A stretch of 64,000 nt of DNA from Nitrososphaeria archaeon (GTDB lineage: Archaea; Thermoproteota; Nitrososphaeria; JACIWG01): NCBI GenBank assembly GCA_050011875.1, contig JBEKIG010000001.1, forward strand, positions 131,736 through 195,735, given 5' to 3'. Below are positions 48,007 to 58,271 of this stretch, in pieces. The stretch's first letter is position 1; every line of letters starts with the position of its first letter. A model generated the notes under the pieces. It did no database searches and had not been told where the DNA came from. It saw only the letters and a list, made by a program, of their open reading frames with translations. Made by a program: the position numbers and the translations under genes.

Positions 48007-51000
48007 TCAAATCCCCTCTAAAGTCTTCTTCCATATGCCCTTTAGACGTCTGATATCAGAATCGATAATGTAACTTCCATTCAATCCTTTGATCTTAAGA
48101 TTAGGAGAACTAGTAACGGTTCCCACTCTCGCGAATTTGACTCCCCTCATCACCTTTTCAAATTTTCCTTTCCTGTTTTTTGGTACGCTAACTATAAATC
48201 GGCTGTTGGATTCTGAGAACAGTAAAATATCATCCCTTTGTATTCCTGACCCAGGCACCCTTTTTAAGTCCACGTCTAAACCTAATCCACCAGCCAGACA
48301 TGTAAAGGCAAAGGCAACACCTAAACCACCTAGAGTAGGAGTGTGAATCGAATTCGCCAGACTTTTTTCCGTTACCTCACTGATTTTATCGTATATTTTC
48401 TTAGCCTTCCTTAGATCAACCTTGGGCACTTTCTGTCCTACATAGGCATGCCCCTCCATCTTCTCACCCATATAGCGATAATATTCAGACCCACCGGTTT
48501 CGTCGAAGGTTTCGCCAACGACGTAGACCAGATCGCCAGAATTCTTTACATCCATCGTTACCAGCTTTTTGACATCCGATATTTTTGCTCGCACGGAAAA
48601 CATAAGTGTGGGTGGAATGGAAATGACCTTCTCAACTTCCTTACCGTCAACGAATTTGCTAACCTTCCAAACATTCTTCATACTATCTTTGCCGGAAATA
48701 CATGGCAAACCGAATGCAACGCAGCAGTCAGCAAGAGCCTTATTTGCTCTCACCAGCTGTGCAAGCTTGTATTGTCCATCCTCGTTGTCCGGAGAAGAAA
48801 TGTTCCAACAGAAGTTATCCAAACCGTATAAGACACTCTCTTCATTTGGCAGTTTCCCTCCAGCTGCTATAACCCTTCTGATTGCTTCGTCAATTACGGA
48901 CGACACCATATCGTATGTGTCTATTTCGGAAAAATTCGGATTGATTCCTTCGGCTAATATAAGCCCCTCTTTGCCGCCATACTCCACGTAGAATGCAGTA
49001 GCGTCACTGGGGGTATCGCTCTCCTTTCCCACAAGCAGTTTGACAACAGATAACCCTTTAACCTCATGGTCGTACTGCCTAAGTTTGAACTCCTCCGAAC
49101 AAATATTTAGTCTCGAGAGCATCTCCTCCAGGATCTTTTCTAGATCTTCAGGTTCTGCAAATTCTGGCTCACTGCTCGGCCTTTTTTTCCATACGGCTTT
49201 AAGTCTCATTCGTGGAACTCCATTGTGCAGAAAACCTATATCAAGATAGGCTACAGTTTTTTTGCCGTACCTTATATGAAATTTGCCTGAATTAGTGAAA
49301 CAGCCTAAAACCGTTGCCTCAACATCCATTGCCTTAGCGAGTTGCAGGAAATCATTCTTCTTTAATGGATCGACCGCAACCGTCATCCTCTCTTGAGCTT
49401 CTGAGACAAGGATCTCCCAAGGTTGAAGACCCTCATACTTTAATGGGACCTTCTTCAGGTCGAGATCGCAGCCGTTAGTATGTTCAGCAGTCTCACCTAC
49501 AGACGAAGAAAGCCCACCGGCTCCGTTGTCAGTTATCCATCTGTAGAGCCCGCGATCTCTCGCTTCAAGCAGGAAATCGCTCATCTTCTTCTGAGTCAGC
49601 GGGTCACCTATTTGAACCGCCTGTATTGGGGAATCCTTGTCTAATTCAGCTGAAGAAAACGTTGCACCATGTATTCCGTCCTTTCCAGTTCTGCCACCTA
49701 CTAATACTATTAAATCACCTGGATAAACTTGCTTCGTATGAGTTGGCTCACCGTTTATTTTAACCGGCATCGAACCGACCGTCCCGCAGAAGACGAGCGG
49801 CCTAAACGTATACTGAGGGCTAAAGAATTCTCTTCCCCTTGCCAAAGGGATACCGCTTTGGTTTCCTCCATCAATAACCCCCTTGTGTACACCATTCCTC
49901 ACTATTCTAGGGTGTAGGACACCATCAGGCAGTTTTCGAGCATAGAATGGGTCTCCGAAACAGTAGCCGAATACGTTGAAAAGAAGCTTTGCCCCCTTAC
50001 CTGTTCCCATCGGGTCCCTGTTAACGCCCACTATTCCTGTGATCGATCCACCGTAAGGATCTATGGCAGATGGCGCGTTGTGTGTTTCAATCTTATCCAC
50101 AACGTTAATTCTCTCATTGAATCTCACTACGCCAGCATTGTCCTTAAACGAAGATACGACCCAAGGTATTTTTTCGCTTATCCTTTCGCTTGGGCCTTTA
50201 ATGTACTTGTCAAATAGGCTGTTAATGCGTTCCTTTTTTCCGGTTTCGTAATCAAAATAATCTATTATGGCGTTGAATATTTTGTGTTTACAGTGTTCTG
50301 CCCATGTCTGCGCTATTGATTCGAGTTCTACGTCGGTTAGATTTTTTCCGAGCCCCACCTTTTTTCGCTGTTCAATAATTTCAGGTCTTGTAAAATGCTC
50401 CTTTATCGCCTGCATTTCTTCCAGGCTCAGAGAGAGGATTCTTTCCCTACTGATCCTCATCAGTTCCGCATTGTTGACTTTAAGATCAAAATCTCTAACT
50501 TCAATTCTTCGACCGGACCTGACAGCCGGAACAACTAAAGGTATCCCCTCTTTTTTGAACTCCTCATAATTTGAGATCTTCAAGCTATTTATTACGGGGT
50601 TGGCGCCTGTGCTTGGATTTGTTCCTAGGCAGAATCTGCTTATCTTTTCAATTTCTTCCCTGCTTAAGTGCCCACCTTTTATGAAGTATTGAACGGACGT
50701 GTAAACGCCTTCTTTTTCCGTAAACTTCCTTCCCAGAATTTCTTCTGCCGCATACTTAGAAGTCTTTCCAACGTTGTCTGTGACACCTGGCTTATATCCA
50801 ACTACCACTAACCAGTCAAAAGCTGAATCTTTACCGCCAATATCGGATGAAACTAATTCAATTACATTGTCGATGAACAATTTTTCCTCTAACATCTTTA
50901 TCTCTTTAGCTGTCAGCTTCGCATCTATCGTGTAAGATTGCCTTGTTCTAACTGAATCAAGCTTTATTTTGAAAATGTCTTCTATGAACGATTTAACACT

Positions 51001-51057
51001 TTTTCCTCTGATGTCAAGTTCATTTGACAGCGCGCTGACATCTATCCGGCAGATCAT
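48007..51057 (-). CDS. purL: FGAM synthase subunit PurL with fused PurS-like N-terminal domains
   Basis: KPGVTDNVG, QTWAEHCKH, ETHNAPS, DGIHGATFSS, DNGAGG, SEAQERM, SGKDS. Confidence 0.95.
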   Translation of the reverse strand: MICRIDVSALSNELDIRGKSVKSFIEDIFKIKLDSVRTRQSYTIDAKLTAKEIKMLEEKLFIDNVIELVSSDIGGKDSAFDWLVVVGYKPGVTDNVGKTSKYAAEEILGRKFTEKEGVYTSVQYFIKGGHLSREEIEKISRFCLGTNPSTGANPVINSLKISNYEEFKKEGIPLVVPAVRSGRRIEVRDFDLKVNNAELMRISRERILSLSLEEMQAIKEHFTRPEIIEQRKKVGLGKNLTDVELESIAQTWAEHCKHKIFNAIIDYFDYETGKKERINSLFDKYIKGPSERISEKIPWVVSSFKDNAGVVRFNERINVVDKIETHNAPSAIDPYGGSITGIVGVNRDPMGTGKGAKLLFNVFGYCFGDPFYARKLPDGVLHPRIVRNGVHKGVIDGGNQSGIPLARGREFFSPQYTFRPLVFCGTVGSMPVKINGEPTHTKQVYPGDLIVLVGGRTGKDGIHGATFSSAELDKDSPIQAVQIGDPLTQKKMSDFLLEARDRGLYRWITDNGAGGLSSSVGETAEHTNGCDLDLKKVPLKYEGLQPWEILVSEAQERMTVAVDPLKKNDFLQLAKAMDVEATVLGCFTNSGKFHIRYGKKTVAYLDIGFLHNGVPRMRLKAVWKKRPSSEPEFAEPEDLEKILEEMLSRLNICSEEFKLRQYDHEVKGLSVVKLLVGKESDTPSDATAFYVEYGGKEGLILAEGINPNFSEIDTYDMVSSVIDEAIRRVIAAGGKLPNEESVLYGLDNFCWNISSPDNEDGQYKLAQLVRANKALADCCVAFGLPCISGKDSMKNVWKVSKFVDGKEVEKVISIPPTLMFSVRAKISDVKKLVTMDVKNSGDLVYVVGETFDETGGSEYYRYMGEKMEGHAYVGQKVPKVDLRKAKKIYDKISEVTEKSLANSIHTPTLGGLGVAFAFTCLAGGLGLDVDLKRVPGSGIQRDDILLFSESNSRFIVSVPKNRKGKFEKVMRGVKFARVGTVTSSPNLKIKGLNGSYIIDSDIRRLKGIWKKTLEGI

Positions 51058-51092
51058 TTAGAAGCCTCCCGACGTTGGAAGATCTAGAATTC

Positions 51093-52463
51093 TCAATTTG
51101 GTTGCCTGTCGAATGATATTAGTTTTTCAGCCTGGTGCGCAACGTCCTCCGCAATCTTCCTAGCGCTGCCAATGTCCTTGTGGAAGCCTACAGCTAAGCC
51201 CATTCTTCTCTGTGGGTAAGCGTCCGGTTTACCAAAGTACCATATGTCACCATCGTATCCTTTCTCCTCGACGTAGGTTCTTATGCCGTTTAGGTCAAAG
51301 TTGTTAACCCGATATTTCTTGTCTTCATTTAAGCCTTCAGCAAGTACTACGTGCGCTACACCGTACCCTGTCCTAGACATCTTTAGATCAAATGGAGTTA
51401 TCTGAAGTCCCATGCTTGAGAAGAGCATCATGGCTCCTTCATCCATGTTCAACATCCATCTCGTTATCATGCCCGTGTCATGAGGCCTATTAGCGACTTC
51501 GTTATTGTACACGATGTCGTCTATTACGAAAAGCTCTAACGCGAAAACGCCTAATCCTCCTATGAATTCAGCGATCTTTTTCACACTTTCTTGACATACC
51601 TTTCTTGCTCTATCCGATATGTTGGATGGAAGCCAACTTTCATGGAACGTAGCGCCTGGTCTTTTGTGCTCTACCGCTGGAGCTATGGAAGTAACAATCC
51701 TGTGACCTGAATCGAAGTGTCTTACGGCTATCTGGGTAATTTCGGTCCCCTTAACGTTCAACTCTGGCAGATACCTTTCAACTATAACTTCGTCCCCCCT
51801 TCCCCTAGCGTGTTTTAAAGAATGCTCGTAAACTGATTCCAACTGCTCTTCCGTCTTCACTATTGTTGTTCCGTGTCCGCTTGAGGTCATAACAGGTTTC
51901 ACGATTACGGGCAAGTTAAAGTCTTTAGCAACATCTTCTATATCCTGCTGACTTTTTGCATAGCACCAATCAGCTCTAGACAGCTTCAGTTTATCAAACA
52001 TGAGCTTTGTCAGATGTCTATCCATGCATATTAAGGGTCCGAAGGGTGTAGACATGACCTTGTACCCTTCGTCAACGCCCATTTTGCATACCCTTCTTGT
52101 ATCCGCTTTTTCTACCTCTAAGTAAATGGCGTGTGGCTCGGATGGGTCAGGTACAAATTTTTTGATGTTCGCTTCCAGTTCGTCACCATCCATCATGTTG
52201 AACACTTTTTCGTTATCGGCGACATCCTGCGCTGGAAAACCTTCGTATGTATCGAACGCAGCCGTTTTTACCCCACCATTGACGCCTCCCAGCTGCCTTT
52301 TTGAAGCCGTAATCGCTAAATCCCCTAGTTCCCCGCCACCCACAGATATGAACTTGAAAGGTTTCTTAGGATTCAATTCTAAAGTTGGTTCCAGTTTCTT
52401 TTCAAACTCACGCTTAAATCTTTCAGCTTCTGTAAGAACTCTTAATCTTTCTTCTAATTCCAT
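51093..52463 (-). CDS. purT: Formate-dependent GAR transformylase
   Basis: GGGELG, MDR, KPVMTSSGHG, EVANRPHDTG, FGKP...RRMG. Confidence 0.9.
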   Translation of the reverse strand: MELEERLRVLTEAERFKREFEKKLEPTLELNPKKPFKFISVGGGELGDLAITASKRQLGGVNGGVKTAAFDTYEGFPAQDVADNEKVFNMMDGDELEANIKKFVPDPSEPHAIYLEVEKADTRRVCKMGVDEGYKVMSTPFGPLICMDRHLTKLMFDKLKLSRADWCYAKSQQDIEDVAKDFNLPVIVKPVMTSSGHGTTIVKTEEQLESVYEHSLKHARGRGDEVIVERYLPELNVKGTEITQIAVRHFDSGHRIVTSIAPAVEHKRPGATFHESWLPSNISDRARKVCQESVKKIAEFIGGLGVFALELFVIDDIVYNNEVANRPHDTGMITRWMLNMDEGAMMLFSSMGLQITPFDLKMSRTGYGVAHVVLAEGLNEDKKYRVNNFDLNGIRTYVEEKGYDGDIWYFGKPDAYPQRRMGLAVGFHKDIGSARKIAEDVAHQAEKLISFDRQPN

Positions 52464-52517
52464 ACTATCACGTTTTCCTCAATTGAAGATGCTCGATTAT
52501 AAAGCCTTGTCATTTTT

Positions 52518-54149
52518 CTAGACACCGTTCCGATCCAATTTTCTTCCCCAATCCTCGTGCGTCTTTCTGTATCTTTTATTTTTAAAAAATATCTTTTTCT
52601 GTTCTTCATAGACACTTCTTTCAGCTTCTTCTATGGTCTTTCCTTCTCCAACTAGAACCATCGTCCTTCCACCTGAAGTGCAAAAGTCAAGTCCATCGCT
52701 CTTTAAAGCTTGTTCGACATTTTGTTTCCTTAATGAAATACCTGATCCGAATATTTGGACGCCGGCGACCTTATCGATGCCTGTTATAGGCTGGTTAGTT
52801 AAATGCGGCCACGGATACCCTAAATTCTGGTCTTTAATGAACCCTATACCCTTTTCTGCGACGATTTCAAGATCTTCGTAATCGGCCTGATAGGTCCTTG
52901 GAATCCTACCGCTTACAAGCGTAAGTCCAAATGTGTATGCATTTTTCCATTTGATTTCAATTTGGTCAAGTTTATCTTCTAGGTACGCATTTCCTATGTC
53001 GAAAAGACTTGTCTCAAGCAGGGGCATTCTAAGTTCTGTCTCAGTGTCTCCGTCTCTTCCGTTAAATTCCGAGACCTTCCTGACCACCTTTCCGTCTTCT
53101 TTCACAAGCAGCAGCCCAAAATACCCAATACCCTTCCATTCATTTCCTGTCATCTCTTTAAACATTCTGAAAGTAGGTTTGACAATGGTTCCCATAACGT
53201 CTTCAAGGTTTTCTTCGTTTATCCAAGGCGATTGTGCGACACCTACCATACCACCGGTATTTTGATTAATAGTCAGTGGAATGACGTTTTCAAATTGCTT
53301 GGAAGTCGGCCCAAGTTTTTGGAGGCTTTTATAGTACGTGTTGACAAATTTTCGGAAAAAATTTAGGTCAGGAGAATTCTCATCGTACGCTTTTTTGTCT
53401 TCACAAGCTGTACCAAATGATGTCATGGTCTTTTCATTCTTTAGAACAAAGAAACTTTCTTCCCCTAAAACCTCTAATCTCTCGTCAATTTCGATGTTTC
53501 CGTTGTTTGGATCAAGTATACATTCGCCAATTCTTCTTTCGTTCATTATAGCTCTTACAGCCCATCTTGCCTGATCTCGAGAGCTGCAGACGATTGTACC
53601 CTTCCCCTCCGCATAGCCATCGTATTTCACTACAACATTCTTTTTGTCGTTGTACATCTCATCAACAAAATCAAGAGCGGCTTTGAAGTCGTTTGGGTAA
53701 CGGAAGTTTCTGTGCCTAGGAATTGGAACGTTCGCTTTTTTCATAAGATCTTTTTGCCAGCATTTGCTCCCTTCCAACTTCATACAGTGCTTTAGAGCTC
53801 CGACTATGCAATTCACCCCCATTTCTAAACCTTTGTCCACTATTCCCAAAGAAAGGCAATCTTCAGGGCCTACCCAGACCTGCTTAATGCTCTTCTCATG
53901 CGCGAACGATAGAATTTCGTCTATTAGTTCCACCTTCTCGAGAGTTTTGTTAGCGAATTCCATCACCTGTTCTGAAGTCGCCTTAACCTTTTTTCTGGGA
54001 AATTCCATCAGCGGCATACATTTTGGAATCAGGTAGGTTCCAGCGTTGCCGGGGACGATGTAAACCCTGTCTATTCTTGAATCCTTTTGGAGGACGAATC
54101 CGATGGAGTTTTCTCTCCCCCCTTTTCCTACAACTAAAACTTCAACCAT
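52518..54149 (-). CDS. purD: Phosphoribosylamine-glycine ligase (divergent, with insertions)
   Basis: VGKGGRE, PGNAG, VGPE, LEGSK, KYDGYAEGKG, NTGGM, EFNGRDGDTE, TSGGR. Confidence 0.88.
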   Translation of the reverse strand: MVEVLVVGKGGRENSIGFVLQKDSRIDRVYIVPGNAGTYLIPKCMPLMEFPRKKVKATSEQVMEFANKTLEKVELIDEILSFAHEKSIKQVWVGPEDCLSLGIVDKGLEMGVNCIVGALKHCMKLEGSKCWQKDLMKKANVPIPRHRNFRYPNDFKAALDFVDEMYNDKKNVVVKYDGYAEGKGTIVCSSRDQARWAVRAIMNERRIGECILDPNNGNIEIDERLEVLGEESFFVLKNEKTMTSFGTACEDKKAYDENSPDLNFFRKFVNTYYKSLQKLGPTSKQFENVIPLTINQNTGGMVGVAQSPWINEENLEDVMGTIVKPTFRMFKEMTGNEWKGIGYFGLLLVKEDGKVVRKVSEFNGRDGDTETELRMPLLETSLFDIGNAYLEDKLDQIEIKWKNAYTFGLTLVSGRIPRTYQADYEDLEIVAEKGIGFIKDQNLGYPWPHLTNQPITGIDKVAGVQIFGSGISLRKQNVEQALKSDGLDFCTSGGRTMVLVGEGKTIEEAERSVYEEQKKIFFKNKRYRKTHEDWGRKLDRNGV

Positions 54150-54182
54150 TACCTTCGAACTCCATAGCCTTTGAGACCATGT

Positions 54183-55655
54183 TCATTCGTAGACCCTACC
54201 CTTTTCTTGGCAGCCTCTGCAGAACTTCTTCCATTTCCTTTCAATCAGTCTGTCAGCGTATGGAGTAGGATACTGACGTGAAATGCAGCCTAAGCACAGC
54301 TCGTCTTTTTTGAATCCACTGGCGTTTAAAAAACCTTCTAAACTCTGATAATGTAAGCTGTCAACGCCAATAACTTTGGCTATTTCTTCTTGAGTTTTGA
54401 CGGCACCAATAAGCTCCTTGAAGGTTGCCATATCGATACCGTAGGGACACACGCTCACTATCTTCGGAAACGTAATGAAAAGGTGAACCTCTTTAGCGAA
54501 ATTCCTGATTTCTCTAATTATATTTCTGGTCGTGTCACCTCTTACGATGCTGTCGTCAACGCAGCCTATCACCTTTCCCTTTAATCTTTCACCAACTATC
54601 GTAATCTTTCTTTGAATTGTCTGAACTCTTTCTTCAGGAGCTTTTATAAATGCTCTTTCTGATACAAACTTGTCTCTTCTAACTGCACGCTCCCAAGGTA
54701 TTCCGGTTTCCTCATGGAAGCCGTATGTCGCATCGTCAGCGGTTTCAGGTATTGAAATAACGATATCCAACTTTTTGGCTACATCAGCATTCTCTCTCGC
54801 TAGGCTCCTTCCAAATTCTTCTCTAGCTTTATAGATGTATTTACCGTTAGACAACATTGATTCTGGTCTCGAAAAATAGGCTATTTCAAAGGAGCAGAAC
54901 GCTTTCTTGCGTGAGACAAGCAGTCTTCTTCTTTCCACTCCGTTCTTATCGACGAGCGCACATTCGCCTGGCTCAATGAAAGAGTTAAAATCAAAGCCTC
55001 CCTTTTCAATAGCTGGAGTTTCGGAGGCGAAAACATAATCGGTTTTGTCCTCCCCTAGGCCATAGCATAGGGGTCTTATTCCATAAGCGTCTCTAAAAGC
55101 AAACAGGTCACCGTTATGTAGCCCAACAATAGAATACGCTCCCTCTATCTGCTCCATGCAATTCTTGACAGCTGAAAAAATATCCCCTTTAGAAAGTTCT
55201 AGAATCAGCTTCTTGTTAATCAGTTCAGTGTCAACGGACGTGGAAACAGGACCGATCTTTGAAACAATTTCATTCTTTAGCTTGCCAGAATTCACTATGT
55301 TACCGTTATATGAAATAGTAAGATTCGCCTTGCTGTTTTGTTCAACAATAGGTTGGGAATCGTGCATTAAAGATTCTGGATCAGCTCCTCCAAAAGTTGT
55401 ATACCTTGTATTTCCTATCCCCGAACCACCTGGTAAGATCTGGGACAGGCTGATTCCCGCGCTCTTCAGCTTCGAATCTATCTGATCCAATGGTGGTACA
55501 AGACCCAGCGCGCCATATCCGAAAAAGCCTTTATGATAGGTCACTATTTTCCAGGACTGATGACCTCTGTTGTTTAATGCCCTTATACCCCAATAAATGT
55601 TAAGGTATGCGGGATCATCGTTTATGTTGAGTATCCCAAAAACACCGCAGCCCAA
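54183..55655 (-). CDS. purF: Amidophosphoribosyltransferase (4Fe-4S type)
   Basis: CGVFG, NRGHQS, RYTTFG, NGNIVN, VDDSIVRGDT, four Cys ligands (FCSFE, CPYGID, CLGC). Confidence 0.94.
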   Translation of the reverse strand: MGCGVFGILNINDDPAYLNIYWGIRALNNRGHQSWKIVTYHKGFFGYGALGLVPPLDQIDSKLKSAGISLSQILPGGSGIGNTRYTTFGGADPESLMHDSQPIVEQNSKANLTISYNGNIVNSGKLKNEIVSKIGPVSTSVDTELINKKLILELSKGDIFSAVKNCMEQIEGAYSIVGLHNGDLFAFRDAYGIRPLCYGLGEDKTDYVFASETPAIEKGGFDFNSFIEPGECALVDKNGVERRRLLVSRKKAFCSFEIAYFSRPESMLSNGKYIYKAREEFGRSLARENADVAKKLDIVISIPETADDATYGFHEETGIPWERAVRRDKFVSERAFIKAPEERVQTIQRKITIVGERLKGKVIGCVDDSIVRGDTTRNIIREIRNFAKEVHLFITFPKIVSVCPYGIDMATFKELIGAVKTQEEIAKVIGVDSLHYQSLEGFLNASGFKKDELCLGCISRQYPTPYADRLIERKWKKFCRGCQEKGRVYE

Positions 55656-55802
55656 TTATGATCCCCACGGCTTTTCCATGTTATTAGAAATAAAACAGGT
55701 ACTATATTTATTTTTTTAACATATATGTGTAAATTAATTGATTTTATTTTCACATAAATATTGTAGTGCTCACATGGTGATTAAACTCAGGTAATAAAAT
55801 GA

Positions 55803-56675
55803 TTACATTAGACGTTTAGTGTTTCTATTCACGAGGTAGATACCTGCTAGAACCAATGCGACCCCTAACACCTGATATATGTTCACTGTTTCTCCGAGAA
55901 TAAACATGCCCAAAACAAGGGCGATTACAGGGATCATGAGGCTAGAGGAGGACACTGTTGTGGCATCCTCGTTTTTCAATAGATAAAACCATAGAAAGAA
56001 AGCTAAAACGGTGGACAGGACTGTTATATAGGCCATTGAAGCGATATATGGCAGATCGAATACAAAATTGACACCACCCGATGCAAGTGCGAAGGGCAGC
56101 ACTACGATTGAGCCTATTGCCACTTGGGAGAAACTTATCCAGTACGGGTGAACGTCATCCGATATTATTTTGTAGTAGACTATTGTGACAGCCCATAACG
56201 ACGCGCTGAGCAACAGAAATAGGATCGGTAGCCCTTCTCCTCCAGCGCTACCTATTCTTTCAAGATAGATCGTTCCTATACCCGCAAATCCAACCAGAAC
56301 CCCAGCGACCTTTGTTCCCGTTATCTCACTCTTTAAAAAGACTGAAGATAGCCCGAAGACGAACAAAGGCTGTGTAAAAACAATCATTGAGCTTATACCC
56401 GAACTTTCAGACACCAAACCGAGCATCATAAACATGACACTAAATGCATATATTACACAGAGCACTATCACGTTGACGATAACCCTAAAGTCTTTGCGTA
56501 TCCCACTCTTTAGGAACAATACGAAGGGGGCGATCATGATAGCTGAAAAAAAGAACCTTTGGAAGAGGTAGTTTAGGGGGGTAACATAATTTAACCCTAT
56601 CTTCATGTTAACCCAGTTCGCACCCCATATAACGACGACGATCAAGAGCATTATAGAATTCTTTAGACTTTTCAA
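55803..56675 (-). CDS. DMT/EamA family transporter
   Basis: Ten TM segments, IWGANW, QPLF, LGET. Confidence 0.92.
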   Translation of the reverse strand: MKSLKNSIMLLIVVVIWGANWVNMKIGLNYVTPLNYLFQRFFFSAIMIAPFVLFLKSGIRKDFRVIVNVIVLCVIYAFSVMFMMLGLVSESSGISSMIVFTQPLFVFGLSSVFLKSEITGTKVAGVLVGFAGIGTIYLERIGSAGGEGLPILFLLLSASLWAVTIVYYKIISDDVHPYWISFSQVAIGSIVVLPFALASGGVNFVFDLPYIASMAYITVLSTVLAFFLWFYLLKNEDATTVSSSSLMIPVIALVLGMFILGETVNIYQVLGVALVLAGIYLVNRNTKRLM

Positions 56676-56745
56676 GCACCCGGGGACCCTAGATACGGCG
56701 CACCTGAGACCCCTTTATTAAAATTCCCCTCGCAATTTTAGTATT

Positions 56746-58047
56746 TTAGGTGGACACTATTTTCTTAACTCCCCATAAATTTATTGCAGCCTGAAGCTCT
56801 CCATGATCCTTTGCATAATCTTCCAATGCTATTCCTTTCATATAAGCGTCTGCGGCTTGCATCATTGCCTTACTACCAGCTGTCAAGCTTGTCGGATGTC
56901 CTAAAATGCCTCCTCCTGCAAATAGACAAACATCATTTCCTACAAGATTACATGATGCAGGAAGGTTTCCCGGATGGTTTGCAGCAGACAGGACCGGCAT
57001 AGTAGGTTTAAAGTTATGCCATACGGTTCTAAAGGTTACCATATGCCTTATCATTTCTGCTGGTGTGTAGTGGAACTTGCCTTCGATCGATCCAGCGTGC
57101 ATTTCATCTGCTCCAGACATTCTACCCAGCTTGGATATCAAAACAGCATCAAATCCGTGAAAAGGAGACCTAGAAATTGCTCCATGCCCACATCTATGAA
57201 CATGGAGAGGAACCTTTATGCTAGGATCCTCAGCTAATCTCCTTATTCCTCCATAACCCGTGTAGGCATAGCAGACCATCAGATGGTTCCCACCGTGATT
57301 GATCACGAAGTCAGCGGCATCCATCATCTTATCCTGCCTATCCATTGTAATGTTAAAGGCATACATTGCTTTCTTGCCCGTTTCCGCTTTCGCTTTATCG
57401 AGAGCTTCCATTATCCTTACAACCCTCTCCTCAAGCGGACAGTACTTAGGGTTCACCAAAGCCTCATCATCCTTCAGTAAATCCACTCCTCCTAACGCGA
57501 TTTCATATGCCATCTTAGCCATAGTCTTAGCGTCCAATCCAACATTAGGCTTCATTATTGCGCCGATAACTGGCCTTCGATCACTCTTCGTCTGAGTCAA
57601 TTCCCTAACACCCTCTAATCCAAATTTTGGCCCAGGAAAAGCTGATGTCCAAGTTTTAGGGAAATGTAGGTCCATAAGCTTAAGCTTTTCAACAAAAAGC
57701 AGATCATATGCATTTCCCGCGATATCAGCAAGAAGGTTCGCCAATCCGCCTGTTTCAGGGTCATAATTTTCCCCATTAATTGCTAACTGGATAACGTACA
57801 TGTTCTCTTTGGCGTTGATGAACCCCACTATTTTTGCACCATACTCCTTTCTAACTTTAGGTGTCTCATACCTGACTGGAGTCCATGTTCCCGTAGAATC
57901 TTCCACTGCCAATTCTTCAGCAACTCGCTTTGGTGGATATGGGCCTATTTCAGCCAAAAAAGTTGCAATAATGTACTTGTCAGGATCAAGCGCACCCATG
58001 TCCTCCCAAAGAAGTTCCCTCAAATTGCCTTCAGAAATTTCTGACAC
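56746..58047 (-). CDS. RuBisCO-like protein (form IV RLP, tentative)
   Basis: EDSTGTW, FPGPKFG, IMKPNVGL, GGVDLLKDDE, HVHR; the Lys177-equivalent is Asn and loop-7 SGG is SAA. Confidence 0.85.
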   Translation of the reverse strand: MSEISEGNLRELLWEDMGALDPDKYIIATFLAEIGPYPPKRVAEELAVEDSTGTWTPVRYETPKVRKEYGAKIVGFINAKENMYVIQLAINGENYDPETGGLANLLADIAGNAYDLLFVEKLKLMDLHFPKTWTSAFPGPKFGLEGVRELTQTKSDRRPVIGAIMKPNVGLDAKTMAKMAYEIALGGVDLLKDDEALVNPKYCPLEERVVRIMEALDKAKAETGKKAMYAFNITMDRQDKMMDAADFVINHGGNHLMVCYAYTGYGGIRRLAEDPSIKVPLHVHRCGHGAISRSPFHGFDAVLISKLGRMSGADEMHAGSIEGKFHYTPAEMIRHMVTFRTVWHNFKPTMPVLSAANHPGNLPASCNLVGNDVCLFAGGGILGHPTSLTAGSKAMMQAADAYMKGIALEDYAKDHGELQAAINLWGVKKIVST

Positions 58048-58271
58048 AATATGTCACGAATTCCAAACGGAAATTCAATATTTAAAAGTTATGATGTTTT
58101 CACTTCTTAAAATAATACTTAGTTCACCCTTCTTAGTCTTTATTACAGACGGGATCCTGCGTGCTATTAAAGGGCATATTTCACCCAAAAAGCACAACGA
58201 CAAGGTCATTGTCAACTAAGCTTGTATGCGGTACGCCTGTAAGGGAAAACATGTAGGAGTGCAAACATCAT

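Noticed and set aside
56746-58047. Bona fide form III RuBisCO / carbon fixation
   Set aside because: Substitutions at the Lys177-equivalent and the SGG loop, and no nucleoside-salvage neighbours, favour an RLP.
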